The notes under the pieces were generated by a model. That model was not told the origin of the DNA and ran no database searches. It saw only the letters and a program-made list of their open reading frames with translations. The translations under genes and the position numbers were made by a program. A DNA stretch of 26,220 bases, taken from Myxococcota bacterium (GTDB lineage Bacteria > Myxococcota_A > UBA796 > CAJQPC01). Within the stretch, counting starts at the first letter, position 1. Every line of letters begins with the position of its first letter. The stretch covers positions 1-26,220 of the forward strand of contig DASCPX010000154.1 of the NCBI GenBank assembly GCA_036012755.1, in the 5' to 3' direction. Below, in pieces: positions 26,220 to 26,220 of the stretch.

Positions 26220-26220
26220 G

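Overview
High-GC window that looks like Myxococcota (myxobacterial-type pfa genes, acidic/aromatic secreted proteins). Bases 1-9741 hold the 3' part of an iterative PUFA-synthase locus: the pfa2/pfaA-like C-terminus (tandem ACPs, KR, PKS-type DH) and a 2358-aa pfa3/pfaC-like gene (KS-CLF, no recognisable AT, four FabA-type DH/DH' modules, an extra PKS-type DH, and a fused C-terminal glycerolipid acyltransferase). Next come two tandem YcgR/PilZ-type paralogs on the minus strand (one split by a single in-frame TAG), a DASS/SLC13 transporter, an odd Asp/His-repeat plus MYXO-CTERM-like junction, and an Fpg/MutM with a degenerate zinc finger. Bases 13574-26220 are the best candidate for an undescribed system: a translationally coupled cell-envelope operon encoding a COG4313-like beta-barrel, a 1142-aa zinc-peptidase/beta-propeller/Omp85-like barrel, two related lipoproteins and a secreted TPR protein. 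It continues into a duplicated module of a TPR protein converging on a small Cys-containing lipoprotein ending in Tyr-Tyr-Tyr, and the second copy also carries a Thr-type sulfatase-like/TPR lipoprotein. Several exported proteins have extremely short signal peptides without charged n-regions. All functional calls come from motif recognition by eye; no database searches were run.
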